Origin: Octopus sinensis
Taxonomy: Eukaryota
NCBI RefSeq assembly: GCF_006345805.1
Contig: NW_021831964.1
Coordinates: 1 to 33,469 of the forward strand
DNA: 33,469 bases
Direction: 5' to 3'
Shown: one piece after another, positions 21,603 through 32,583 of the stretch
Layout: the number at the start of each line of letters is the position of its first letter
Numbering within the stretch: position 1 is the stretch's first letter
Translations under genes and position numbers: made by a program
Notes under the pieces: generated by a model
Databases searched by the model: none
What the model saw: only the letters and a program-made list of their open reading frames with translations
Told to the model about the DNA's origin: nothing

Positions 21603-22507
21603 GACGATAAATCATGAGTGGACAAGTACAGACGCCTTTTGTGCAACCCGGCTTCCCGCAGCTTATGTCTTTGACCAAACCGCAATTCTAGGTTAACGCT
21701 GAGACCAAAACTGGAGGAGACTGGATGCTTGGCATTTAGAACATTACCAGGCTCTCACAGCACTTCATTATTTGAACAACGCCTTCGCTTAGATAACATC
21801 TCTCGCATATTAAAGAGGATTATTGTAATTTATGAGCGACGATGCCTAGACAAGGGAACCACTTTGGATTTCGCATAAAGTAATCTGAGTAGTCTATTCT
21901 GGAGGATTTCATAGTCAAGGACTACTGATGGGGAGCATTACCTGTTCGAAATAAGTTTTATAGTCACGAAAATGCCAGCAGCCGAACCCATCCGAGATGC
22001 TTACAGCTCGACGAAAGCCTTCAGGCGAGGTATCCTGCCGCATCCATTCATTACTGATCTGCTGTCTTGTGTCGAACAACTGCTGTTGGCTGTAGAGCGA
22101 ATCTGTTTATCAGCCGAACCTGTAGTAATAATAATAATCGACGCGGTGCATTCCTTTAGCAGAGAAAACTGGTTACGTTTTTCTCTGTCTGTTGGCTGAA
22201 AGCATAAGGCACTGTTTGAAAAGTTTGAAAACAAGTATTTTTCCTGTTTGGCCAAACTCGTTAACTTCTTGAAGTACCACTTGAAGAGGGGATGGTGGCA
22301 GAGTGAGAGGAAGATGCTGCCTTCTAGTATGGGCGGGAGTGGGGGGGAGACTAGCGAGATTGAACGGGCGGTCGTACGCTGAACGAGTATTTCAAAGTAG
22401 AATGAAAGACACAGAGACGAAGTGCTTTTGAGGTTTTCAACCTTTCTACGGGATTTCCTTTCCTTTGAATTGCTCCAAGAAGTCAACCGCCACCAATGAA
22501 GAACTTT

Positions 22508-22660
22508 TCTTGTCTGTCTTCATGTTCTGAGTTCAAATTCCACCAAGAGCGACTCTGCCTTTCGTCTTTGCGGGGTCAATGAAATAAGTACCAGTCAAGT
22601 ACTGGGGGCCAATGTAATCAATGTAATCCCACCAAATTATGCCTTTAGCAAAAAGGATTA
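22508..22660 (+). mobile_element. Type B SINE, 5'-truncated, with an alternative tail running into (AAT)n
   Basis: TTCTGAGTTCAAATTCC...AAGTACCAG...GCCTTTAGCAAAAAGGATTAT. Confidence 0.75.
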
Positions 22661-22662
22661 TA

Positions 22663-22711
<49 letters not shown>

Positions 22712-22848
22712 CATAATAATAATAATAATAACAACAACAACAGCAGCAGCAGCAGCAGTAACAACAACAACAACAGCAGCAGCAGCAGCAGTAACAACAA
22801 CAACAACAACAATAATAAAAATATTAATAATAATAATAACAATAATAA

Positions 22849-22879
<31 letters not shown>

Positions 22880-22927
22880 AATAATATAATAATAATAATA
22901 ATGATAATAATAATAATAATAATAATA

Positions 22928-22989
<62 letters not shown>
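22660..22989. repeat. Compound (AAT)n/(CAA)n/(CAG)n array that inverts to (ATT)n at 22960
   Basis: Directly visible. Confidence 0.95.
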
Positions 22990-22990
<1 letters not shown>

Positions 22991-22996
22991 GGTGAA

Positions 22997-23152
22997 GGTA
23001 GAGAGCTGGCAGAATCGTTAGCACGCTGGACGAAATGCTTAGCGTTATTTCACTCGTCGCTACATTCTGAGTTCAAATTTCGCCAAAGTCGACTTTGCCT
23101 TTCATCCTTTCGGGGTCGATAAATTAGGTACCACTCGAGTAACGGGGTCGAC
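22997..23152 (+). mobile_element. Type B SINE (3'-truncated)
   Basis: GAGCTGGCAGAATCGTTAGCACG...GTCGACTTTGCCTTTCATCCTTTCGGGGTCGATAAA. Confidence 0.85.
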
Positions 23153-23197
23153 GAAGCCAGTGAGAGATTTTATTGGCAAAAGATCCTCCCAAAATAC

Positions 23198-23234
<37 letters not shown>

Positions 23235-23413
23235 TTTTTAATTCTCACTTTCCGTTTGTCCCACTGTGGAACTGAACCCGAAACCACGTGGCTGCAAGGC
23301 GAACACATCTATCTGTCCATTTCTCTCCCCCCATCCTCTCTATCTAACTGTCTATCTATCTATCTATCAATCTCCCTGCCCCTCCCCTCTCTTCTCTGTC
23401 TCTTTCACTCCCT

Positions 23414-23464
<51 letters not shown>

Positions 23465-23774
23465 AATCCATCAATCTACTTATCTATCTTTCTCTCTCTC
23501 TCTCTCTCTCTGCAATTATCGCACCTTCTTTCAAAATTGACGCATAAAATACAAAAGCAATGTCTTACAGAAAGGCATTCGAAAATGAATTTCGGTCTAA
23601 ATGCAAGGGAAAGAACTGTAACTAAATTTCTTATTAGTCAATCTGTAGTTATATCCCTTAAACCAAACGAAACTCGTAATGATATGGAGTTATCTCCCTT
23701 GACAGATAAACTGAATATGACTCTCCCCAGACTTAGTGTTTACACTAAAATTGATGGCAACTAAATTTGATAAC

Positions 23775-24219
23775 CTTTTACTTGATCCAGTCATTTGACT
23801 GCGGCCATACTGGATCACCGCCTTAAAGGGTTTTAGTCAAAGAAATCGACCCCAGGATTTATTATTTGTAAGCCTAGTACTCATTCTTTCTGTATCTTTT
23901 GCCGAGCTGCTACGTTACGGGGACATAAACACACCAGCATCGGTTGGTGGGGGACAAACATAGACACAGACACAGACACACGCACACACACATACATACA
24001 CATACATACATATATATATATAAATATATGTATATATATATATATGTATATATATATAATATATATATATATATATAATATATTATATATATATATAATA
24101 TATATATATATATATGTATGTATGTATGTGTATGTATGTATATATATTATATATATATATAATATATATATATATATAATATATATATATATATAATATA
24201 TAAATGTGTATATATATAT

Positions 24220-24304
<85 letters not shown>

Positions 24305-24482
24305 ATATATATATACATCAGGCTTCTTTCAATTTCCGTCTACCACATCCACTCACAAGGCTTTGGTCGCCCGAGGCTATATTACAAGATAACTACCGAA
24401 AGTGCCACGCAGTGAGACTGAACCCGGAACCATGTGGTTGGGAAGGAAGCTTCTTACTTACCACACAACCACATCTGTGCCT
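23775..24482 (-). mobile_element. Type A composite SINE with a ~330-bp expanded internal (TA)n tract
   Basis: 3' module 23775-23970, TA-rich tract ~23990-24318, head 24319-24482. Confidence 0.9.
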
Positions 24483-24810
24483 ATTATATTCTTTATACAA
24501 CTTTTAAAATACAATTAGTTTACTTGCATCCATCTGTGTATGTATGTGTGCGTGTGGGCGTGCGTGTGTGTGTGTTCTTATGCAACACGTCATAGAGAGT
24601 GTGGGTAAAGAAATTGGCGTTGGTTGAATCATGATGTCTTCAGATAAACCAAAAGCTTCCCACAGCTCCGCCCACCAACATTTGTTGGCTCTCAACATCG
24701 CAGCCGTTTCCGTCATCCTCTTCCGCACTTGAGTTGCTGCAACGTACAGCGATGTCTGCCCAGTGGTGTGGTGAATGGTCGCTCATTGGGACCATTCCCT
24801 ATCAAGCGCT

Positions 24811-25462
24811 GTGGAGGTGCGTGGCTTAGTGGTTAAAGTGTTGGATTCATCATCGTAAGATTGTGGCTTCCATTCCTGGACCAGGTGACGCGTTGTGTTC
24901 TTGAGCAAACCACTCCATTTTCACGTTGCTCCAGTCCATTCAGCTGGTACAGTGCGGAAGCACTCCGTCGGTTACGACAATGAGGGTTCCGGTTGATCCG
25001 ATCAACGGAACAGCCTGCTCGTGAAATTAACGTGTAAGTGGCTGAGAACTCCACAGACACGTGTACCCTTAACGTAGTTCTCGGGGATATTCAGCGTGAC
25101 ACAGAGAGTGACAAGGCCGGCCCTTTGAAATACAGGTACAACAGAAACGGGAAGTAAGAGTGAGAGAAAGTTGTGGTGAAAGAGTACAGCAGGGATCACC
25201 ACAATCCCTGCCGGAGCCTCGTGGAGCTTTAGGTGTTTTCGCTCAATAAACACTCACAACGCCCGGTCTAGGAATCGAAACTGCGATCCTACGACCGCGA
25301 GTCCGCTTCCCTAACCACTGGGCCATTGAACCTCCACAAGCTGGTACAAATGAATACCTCTGATGGACTGGCGCCCCATCCAGGTGGGGAATTTACAAGC
25401 CATGGAAACCGGCCCTTATGATTCTGTATGACTCAAGAAGGTAACCTTTAGCTTTACCTTTT
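24811..25462 (+). mobile_element. tRNA-derived SINE (outer), interrupted by a second SINE
   Basis: GTGGAGGTGCGTGGCTTAGTGGTTA head at 24811. Resumes at 25349 with GATGGACTGGCGCCCCATCCAGG...GGAAACCGGCCCTTATGA...CTTTACCTTTT tail. Confidence 0.85.
24952..25338 (-). mobile_element. Nested type C tRNA-derived SINE (inner)
   Basis: 10-bp TSD AGCTGGTACA at 24942-24951 and 25339-25348. Minus-strand head GTGGAGGTTCAATGGCCCAGTGGTTAGGG...GTTTCGATTCC. Confidence 0.9.
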
Positions 25463-25921
25463 CACTATCATGTGATTGGTTTCTGAGGGTTGTCCTATCA
25501 TATCTCTTCTGTATTTACTGTTGCTAGAACCACTGCTGTGTAAACAGGAGACATCGAATGAAATCCCTCGAGTACCAGGACGGAGAAGGACCATGTCGGC
25601 ATTAGCGGATGATGTCACCGTCATAGTGTATTACATCAGGTACATAGACCGCCTCGTAAAGCGGTGACAAGAGGAAAATATCAGCCAAGAAAAGTCAGTA
25701 GTCCTGTAGCTCGGCACCTGGAAAAGTGGGTCCATACCGTTCAGTAACGTCGTAGGATCCTGGACAGACGGGATCGCTTTAATTGCTCAGGGTCTAGTTT
25801 GTCCAGAAATGAGACGAAATGACAGACTGGGTGGCCAATCTCATCCACAAATGGGCCGAAAGAAAGCTATCCCCCAAAAAGTCGGACAGGGGTAGCAAAT
25901 GAATACATCGTCTCTGTTTTA

Positions 25922-27202
25922 CGAAGGGCGTTCAATAAGTAATGCCCCTGACCAACTTCCCATAGCAGTAGAGCAACGAAACTTGGCACAGTTATTAGTC
26001 TTTTTCTACATAGGAACCACTCAGAGGTACGCATTTCTCCTATCGTTTGATGCAGCTCTGGAGACCATTTTTGTAGAAGATCCCAGCTTGTTCCTCCAAC
26101 CACGACGTGACTTCAGAAATCAAGGCTGCATCATCGGGGAAACGCGTTCCTTTCAAAAACAACTTCATGGCTGGGAAGAGGTGAAAATCAGAGGGTGCAA
26201 GGTCAGGAGAGTAGGGGAGATGGGGTGGAGTTCATAGCCGCACGCCTGTACTTCTGATCTGGCGACAAGCGAGTTGTGGACCGGAGCGTTGTCCTGCAAG
26301 AGGAGGATGCCTTTGCTGATCTTGCCCCGCCTCTTGATTTTGATAGCTTCTCTTAATTTCCTCAAAAGTGAAGCATAATAGGCTCCTGTAATTGTGGTAC
26401 CCTTTGCCAGGAAATCTGTCATCACTACTCCGTCCTGGTCCCAGAAGACTGTGAGCATGGCCTATCCAGCGGAGGGCTGCACCCTTGCCTTCTTTGGAGG
26501 AGTAGAGTCACGGTGCTTCCACTGCATTGACTGGGCTTTGGTCTCTGGATCATAGTGATGGATCCAGGTTTCATCCTGTGTAATCAGTCTTTTGAAAAAT
26601 TTTGACTCATCTTCTTGGCACATCTCCAAATTCATCCTCGAGCACTCGACGAGTTCTTGCTTCTGGAAAGGTGTGAGCAGCCTGGAAATCCATCTGGCAG
26701 ACACCTTTTGCATATGCAAATGGTCATGAATGATAGTTTCCACAGACCAGGTACTAATCTTGACCTCATGGGCTATTTGGCGAATAGTTATGCGTCGATC
26801 TTCCAAAATGGCAGCCTCAACTTGACGGACAGATGCCTCATCAATGGCAGAAGTGGGGCGACCAGATCTGGGAGCTGTTTCCACAGAGTTCCGACCATGT
26901 TTGAATTCACGATGCCAGCGTTTTACAAGGTCATATAATAGGGCATCATCACCATAAGTTACTTTCATTTCATCAAAAGTCTCTCATGGTGTGCGTCCTT
27001 TCAATTACAAAAACCGGATCACTGCTCGACACTCAACAGGCTCCATTTCACACTTGACTCAGTTCAAACACCTGTAAATCAGAAACCACAATTGGCTCAG
27101 AGCTGTAATTTTCCACTCAATCTATAGAGATATAAATAATTGCACATGCAAGATCAAACAACTGCAAGTAGGTTAGAGGTATTACTTATTGAACGTCCCT
27201 CG
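25922..27202 (-). mobile_element. Full-length mariner element (1,281 bp)
   Basis: 32-bp imperfect TIRs CGA(A/G)GG(G/A)CGTTCAATAAGTAAT(G/A)CC(C/T)CT(G/A)ACC with 5 mismatches. TA TSD at 25920-25921 and 27203-27204. Confidence 0.96.
25995..27046 (-). pseudogene. Mariner DD34D transposase pseudogene
   Basis: ATG at 27046. HTH region, SGRP, WISRLL (WVPHEL equivalent), QDETWIHHY, QDNAPVH and YSPDLAPSDFHLF motifs, with 34 residues between the 2nd and 3rd D. Four in-frame stops and one frameshift near 26225. Confidence 0.95.
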
Positions 27203-27660
27203 TATATTATCGCCTGACCACCGTACTTTGCCGCATTTCACATCTGACCAGACTGTGGCGCTTACTATTCCGCTTTTTGTCTGGCGTGCTATCTATTCAG
27301 CCAGCCTTAATGATAATAATCGTACTGATGAAGTACCAGGTACTGACTCTCATGGCTTTTGATCTTAACTGATTGGAAGTGTTAACATGTGCAAGTTTTG
27401 TCTGGGTGTAAAAAAATGGCTACAACAAATACTCTGCTCAATACCACAGATGTGCTTGTCAGTTGCTTGACCATAACCAGTATGAGCATGTCCCTTAGTG
27501 GCTGACAATATGTGCATCTCTGATCACAAACAGAAACAGTTGGGGAGCATCATGACCATGTGTTGAGAAGAATTCTTTGAAGTTTGATGAATGCACCCTT
27601 GAGAACATGGGTGCTTCGTTTATCGTCCTTAAACAACCATTATTATTATTATTATTATTA

Positions 27661-27720
<60 letters not shown>

Positions 27721-27721
<1 letters not shown>

Positions 27722-28696
27722 TGTTTGAGTTTTGCTTTATATTTGTACAAGTTGGCTTTATGTCTGTACAAGTTGGCTCCAAGTCTCACCCAGAGACCTC
27801 AAGAGACAACAGGTTAGAAGTTCTGTGCCATATATTTGGGGTTTTTTTTCCCCTTTTTTTTGGTGTTGTACTAGTGAATGTCTAATACATAAAAATAAAA
27901 TAAAAAAATAAATAAATAAATAAAAACAAGTTTGTTTTAAACCTTGGGATTACATTGAGAGTATTTTGCGTAGGATATGAGCAGTTCCCATGAGCACTAT
28001 CTTTTGAATTTCTGCCATTTTGGGGTTTCCTGGTATCTGAGTTAGGTAGCAATCAGTCCCTTTCGCTATCATTCCCAGGGCACCTATGACAACAGGTATT
28101 GTTTTAGTCTTCAGCTTCCACATTTTGCTGATTTCTATTTCAAGATCTTTATATTTGCTCAGTTTTTGGTAGGTCTTGACTGATACGTTTATATCGATTG
28201 GGACAGTCATATCAATGAGGAGGCATGTTCTTTGTCTGAAGTCTTTCAATATGATATCTGGCCTATTTGCATCTATCTTCCTGTCAGTTTGAATGGTGAA
28301 GTTCCAGAGGAGTGAGATGTGGTCATTTTCAAGCACAGGTGGTGGATTGTGTTCCCACCAGTTTTTTTCATGGGGCAAATCCAGGTTTTTGCAAATTACC
28401 CAGTGAATATATTGTGCTGCTCTATCATGCCTACTGAGGTACTCTGTAGGCGCTAGAAGACTGCATTTGGAGACAACATGGTCAATGGTTTCATTTTGTT
28501 GTCGGCATACACGACATGTTGGGCTACTGCCGTTCTTTAAAATGTTAGCCTGGTAGTTTCTTGTTGGTAGGCATTGATCTTGAGCTGCTATGATAAACCC
28601 CTCTGTTTCAGATTTTAAGCCAGAGGCCATTAGCCATTGATGGGTCAGGGCTTTGTCGATATCTGCATTATTCGCTCTCTTTGGGTATTTGCCATA
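27721..28696 (-). mobile_element. 5'-truncated R4/Dong-like non-LTR retrotransposon inserted in (TAA)n
   Basis: Uninterrupted frame 28696->27950: YGKYPKR...HQWL...AAQDQCLPTRNY...CRVC..HVVSKC (CCHC knuckle), RHD, PDII..D..KLSKY (RLE). 3' UTR runs into (ATT)n 27639-27720, and (ATT)n 28698-28719 lies on the 5' side. Confidence 0.92.
27950..28696 (-). pseudogene. C-terminal zinc knuckle plus restriction-like endonuclease domain of the R4/Dong ORF (truncated, no stops)
   Basis: ORF track 27950..28630, with in-frame extension to 28696. Confidence 0.9.
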
Positions 28697-28960
28697 GATT
28701 ATTATTATTATTATTATTATCAGGGAGCTTTTGAGCGGATTGAGTTGCTCGACCTGAAGAAAATCCTAACTTTGCTCCACCTGCAACGTCATGCGATGTT
28801 TATATTGACATGAGGTCAGCATGTTGCGCAAGTGCGGTTGTGATTTGCCTCACCCACCGCAGATACTCTATCTTTGTCTATGCTTTCATATAGTTTTGTT
28901 AAATTCCATCTGATTCAAGTCTTCCCAGTATTTGTAACCGAATTCAAGTTCGTGGACTCT

Positions 28961-29042
28961 AGTGCTTGACTGGTACTTATTTTATCGAACCCTAAAGAAA
29001 GAATGGCAACGTCGACCTCGGCGGGAGTTGAACTCGGAACGC
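28961..29042 (-). mobile_element. Type B SINE fragment
   Basis: CTGGTACTTATTTTATCGAACC...GTCGACCTCGGC..GA.TTGAACTC. Confidence 0.7.
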
Positions 29043-29160
29043 AAAAACGAAATTGATAAAGATAATGCATATTCCACGCGTTATGTAACTGATGACGTTA
29101 TCAATCAATGGAAGGTTATTTATCGAAATATTGTATGAAACAAATGAACAAACTAACTAA

Positions 29161-29192
<32 letters not shown>

Positions 29193-29196
29193 ATAT

Positions 29197-29600
29197 AGGA
29201 GTGGCTGTGTGGTAAGTAGCTTGCTAACCAACCACATGGTTCCGGGTTCAGTCCCACTGCGTGGCATCTTGGACAAGTGTCTTATGCTATAGCCCCGGGC
29301 CGACCAATGCCTTGTGAGTGGATTTGGTTGACGGAAACTGAAAGAAGCCTGTCGTATATATGTATATATATATATAAGTGTGTTTATATGTTTGTGTGTC
29401 TGTGTTTGTCCTCCTAGCATTGCTTGACAACCGATGCTGGTGTGTTTACGTCCCCGTTACTTAGCGGTTCGGCAAAACAGACCGATAGAATAAGTACTGA
29501 GCTTACAAAGAATAAGTCCCGGGGTCGATTTGCTCGACTAAAGGCGGTGCTCCAGCATGGCCTCAGTCAAATGACTGAAACAAGTAAAAGAGTAAAAGAG
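29197..29600 (+). mobile_element. Type A composite SINE (plus strand) within (AAAT)n
   Basis: AGGAGTGGCTGTGTGGTAAG...GGTTCAGTCCC head, TA/GT tract, ...GACTGAAACAAGTAAAAGAGTAAAAGAG tail. (AAAT)n on both flanks. Confidence 0.93.
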
Positions 29601-29604
29601 AGAG

Positions 29605-29639
<35 letters not shown>

Positions 29640-29994
29640 ATATATAAAAAAATAAATGGAGTCACGCCGGAATTTCAACCTCGATAGTCCTTGGAATTGA
29701 CAAAAATAAATTGAATTCATAGTTTTATGAATATTACGCAAAGACTACTGCCGTTTTCACCGATGATGAAAACGGAAACACTATATTTACATCAAATGAT
29801 ATAAACGTTGGTGTTGTGTTACACTTCGCCAATTATTTTTCAAAAAATCGCAAAAGCGAAACATGTGTCAAGCAATAAATTTCTCGGCTAATTTTTCTTT
29901 TTGAGCAGATTTAATGCAAAACAATTTAGTGTTTGTTAAAAAGTCAGGCAATTAATTTGTCTGCAATGATCAGCTATGACATTAATTGGAACTG

Positions 29995-30170
29995 ACTACA
30001 TATATACACACATATATACATATATACATATATATACATACATACGTGCATACATACATACAAACATACATACATACATACATACGTGCATACATACATA
30101 CGTATGCATGCATGCATACATACATACATACATGCATACATACATGCATGCATACATACATTCATACATA

Positions 30171-30203
<33 letters not shown>

Positions 30204-30217
30204 CATACATACGTGCA

Positions 30218-30251
<34 letters not shown>

Positions 30252-30650
30252 CATATATATACATACATACGTGCATACATACATACATACATACAAACAT
30301 ACATACATACATACGTGCATACATACATACATACATACGTACATACATACATACATATATACATGCATGCATGCATACATACATACATACATACATGCAT
30401 GCATACATACATACATACATACATACATACATACATACATGTATATATATTTATATAATGGCGGTGCCCCAGCATGGCCACACCTCGTGAGCTGAAACTA
30501 GATAAAATGCTAAAATGATACATACATACACACACATACATATATACATACATACATACAGACATACATACATACATACATACATACACACACACATACA
30601 TACATACATACATACATACATACATACTTGCACATACATACATACATACA

Positions 30651-30684
<34 letters not shown>

Positions 30685-30770
30685 CATACATACATATATA
30701 CATATATACATACATACATGCGCACACATAATACATACACTCACAAACACACACACATATATAAAATTAC
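29995..30770. repeat. Long (TACA)n-type array containing a ~60-bp type A SINE 3'-end fragment at 30457-30517
   Basis: Directly visible. GGCGGTGCCCCAGCATGGCC...CTGAAAC...AAAATG interrupts the array. Confidence 0.92.
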
Positions 30771-30956
30771 TAATAATGAGAGAAATATAAAATGTATTTT
30801 ACCATTGCAAATTGTTAATTAACGACAATTGTTTCGTTGCTTAACAAACATGGATAGAAAATTTGTTTTATTATATTTTATAATAGGTAATAAATTATTT
30901 ACATGTCTGCATTAATACACGTACAATCTTTATATCATATATATATATCCTACCAA

Positions 30957-31141
30957 ATGGTCACGTGAAGAAAAGAAAGATGGACGCTGGTCACCGCCGG
31001 AACTAAACAAAGGCCCCATAATAAAAGCCACACTGATTACATTAAAATACGTCATATTGTATCAAATAAGTGTTTAACTCTGACCACCAGTGAAAACAAA
31101 AATGAGACCATCGTCCATATTTCTTTCCCTCACGTGACCAT
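30957..31141. repeat. 30-bp imperfect inverted repeat pair (27/30 identical) enclosing 185 bp, possible MITE
   Basis: ATGGTCACGTGAAGAAAAGAAAGATGGACG (30957-30986) versus the reverse complement of 31112-31141, ATGGTCACGTGAGGGAAAGAAATATGGACG. No clear TSD. Confidence 0.6.
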
Positions 31142-31559
31142 CTTTCTTTTCCTGTACGGATGTTCAAAAGAACGGATGCCTTTTTACTCTCTCTTCTATT
31201 TTTCTCTTTTCAAAAAAAAAAAAAAATGTTTCTCACAGTGTTCTCTATTTTCATCTCGTTTTGGTCAAACGATCCTCCATGTTCGTTTCGTTCGTTTTCC
31301 TTCTACGTCTCCACTGTCATGGTTTTGTTCCCAACTTTGACCTTCCATAAATCCAAAATTTTATTTTAGAATTTATGGAAGCAACTGTCCTTGAAGACTC
31401 ATATTGCTGAATGCTCGAAATGAGGAGTAGAATGACAGCCGACAACTGATGAAGGGTCCTTTCTCTGTGTTTGCTTGTCCTGTTTTCCATTTTTCTCGTT
31501 GTTCACGTATTTCATGTTGTTTGAACCGTTGGTGACGTCCTGTACACATATACTCATGT

Positions 31560-31593
<34 letters not shown>

Positions 31594-31594
31594 T

Positions 31595-31643
<49 letters not shown>

Positions 31644-31903
31644 TATATATATAATAACATCTATCTATCTATTCTATCTATCTATCTATATAAACATAAG
31701 AGGTTTTGGTATCCAAAAGGCATCCAAAATCTATAAGGCTATGTAAGTGCTACGGAAGGATTGTAGTTAGACTCCCGGTTCGATAATAGTATGAGTGGGG
31801 AGTCTAACATGGGTCGTGTGTGAGCGTTTATCGGTCAAATAAAGTGGGACAACCAAGCCAAAGTAGTGTGAAATTTTGGGGACATTTTATAAAGAAAAAG
31901 GTA

Positions 31904-31951
31904 GTCTTACAGCTGTTTCAGGGATATAAAAGATATCCCATCATCAGAGAC
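31904..31951 (-). ncRNA. Type I minimal hammerhead ribozyme (Penelope-like-element type)
   Basis: Minus strand GTCT-CTGATGA-t-GGGATAT-ctttt-ATATCCC-t-GAAA-CAGCTG-TA-AGAC. Intact core, 4-bp stem I, 7-bp stem II, palindromic stem III and GUA cleavage triplet. Confidence 0.85.
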
Positions 31952-32258
31952 GATGTAAGGAAATAGTAGAGTTCAATATAAGAAGTTATTTTGGAAGGGA
32001 GAGATATAAGAAATATAAATGGAAATATAAGAATAAGAATAAAGATATATGTTGGATGTTGACATCCAACTTATGTAGAGGTGGGAAAGCGTAAAAGATT
32101 GAGACAGTTAGGCAGATGTTAACGTCTAACTTATATCATTATTTTTATTTTTATATTTCTCTTTATACTTCCTATATCTTTCCCTTTCCAAAATAGCTTC
32201 TCATATTGAGCTTTTCTATTTTCTTCCTCTCCCATATCGTCTCTGATGGTGGGATATC
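31932..32258. mobile_element. ~140-bp imperfect inverted repeat (31932-32066 / 32115-32258), consistent with a Penelope-like inverted pseudo-LTR
   Basis: Arms align (GATATCCCA.CATCAGAGACGAT...TATTTTGGAA.GG...GATGTT.ACATC). The right arm carries a half hammerhead (GTCTCTGATGGTGGGATATC) cut off by a SINE. Confidence 0.7.
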
Positions 32259-32263
32259 ATTTA

Positions 32264-32581
32264 GGCGGCGAGCTGGCAGAAACGTTAGCACGCGGGGCGA
32301 AAGGCGTGGCCGTATTTCGTCAGTCGTTACGTCCTGAGTTCAAATTCCGCCTAGGTCGACTTTGCCTTTTATTCTTTTGGGGTCGATAAATTAAGTACCA
32401 GTTAAGCACTGGAGTCGGTGTAATAAACTTAATCCGTTTGTCTGTCCTTGTTTGTCCCCTCTGTATGTAGCCTCTTGTGGGTAGTAAAGAAATAGGTAAT
32501 TCGTCTGTCTTTACGTTCCGAGTTCAAATTTCGCCGAAGTCGACTTTGCCTTTCATCCTTTCGGGGTCGATAAATTAAGTA
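32264..32581 (+). mobile_element. Type B SINE followed by a partial tandem second copy (32498-32581)
   Basis: GGCGGCGAGCTGGCAGAAACGTTAGCACG...GTAAAGAAATAGG, then restarts at TTCGTCTGTCTTTACGTTCCGAGTTCAAAT. Confidence 0.9.
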
Positions 32582-32583
32582 TA

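Larger units (their letters stand above)
25476..27300 (+). pseudogene. Decayed Tx1/L1-like LINE RT fragment, split by the mariner
   Basis: VSEGCPIISLLYLLLLEPLL...SALADDVTV (YADD equivalent)...EKSVVL*LGTW...WAERKLS..VANEYIVSVL[mariner]YYRLTTVLC...LWRLLFRFL. The frame is continuous across the empty TA site. Confidence 0.7.

Noticed and set aside
29750-29790. CCGATGA...GAAA hammerhead-like spacing
   Set aside because: No convincing stems I or III. A 9-bp hairpin (CCGTTTTCA/TGAAAACGG) explains the pattern equally well.
31410-31460. CTGATGA core with an upstream GAAA
   Set aside because: I could not fold the required stems for any hammerhead topology.
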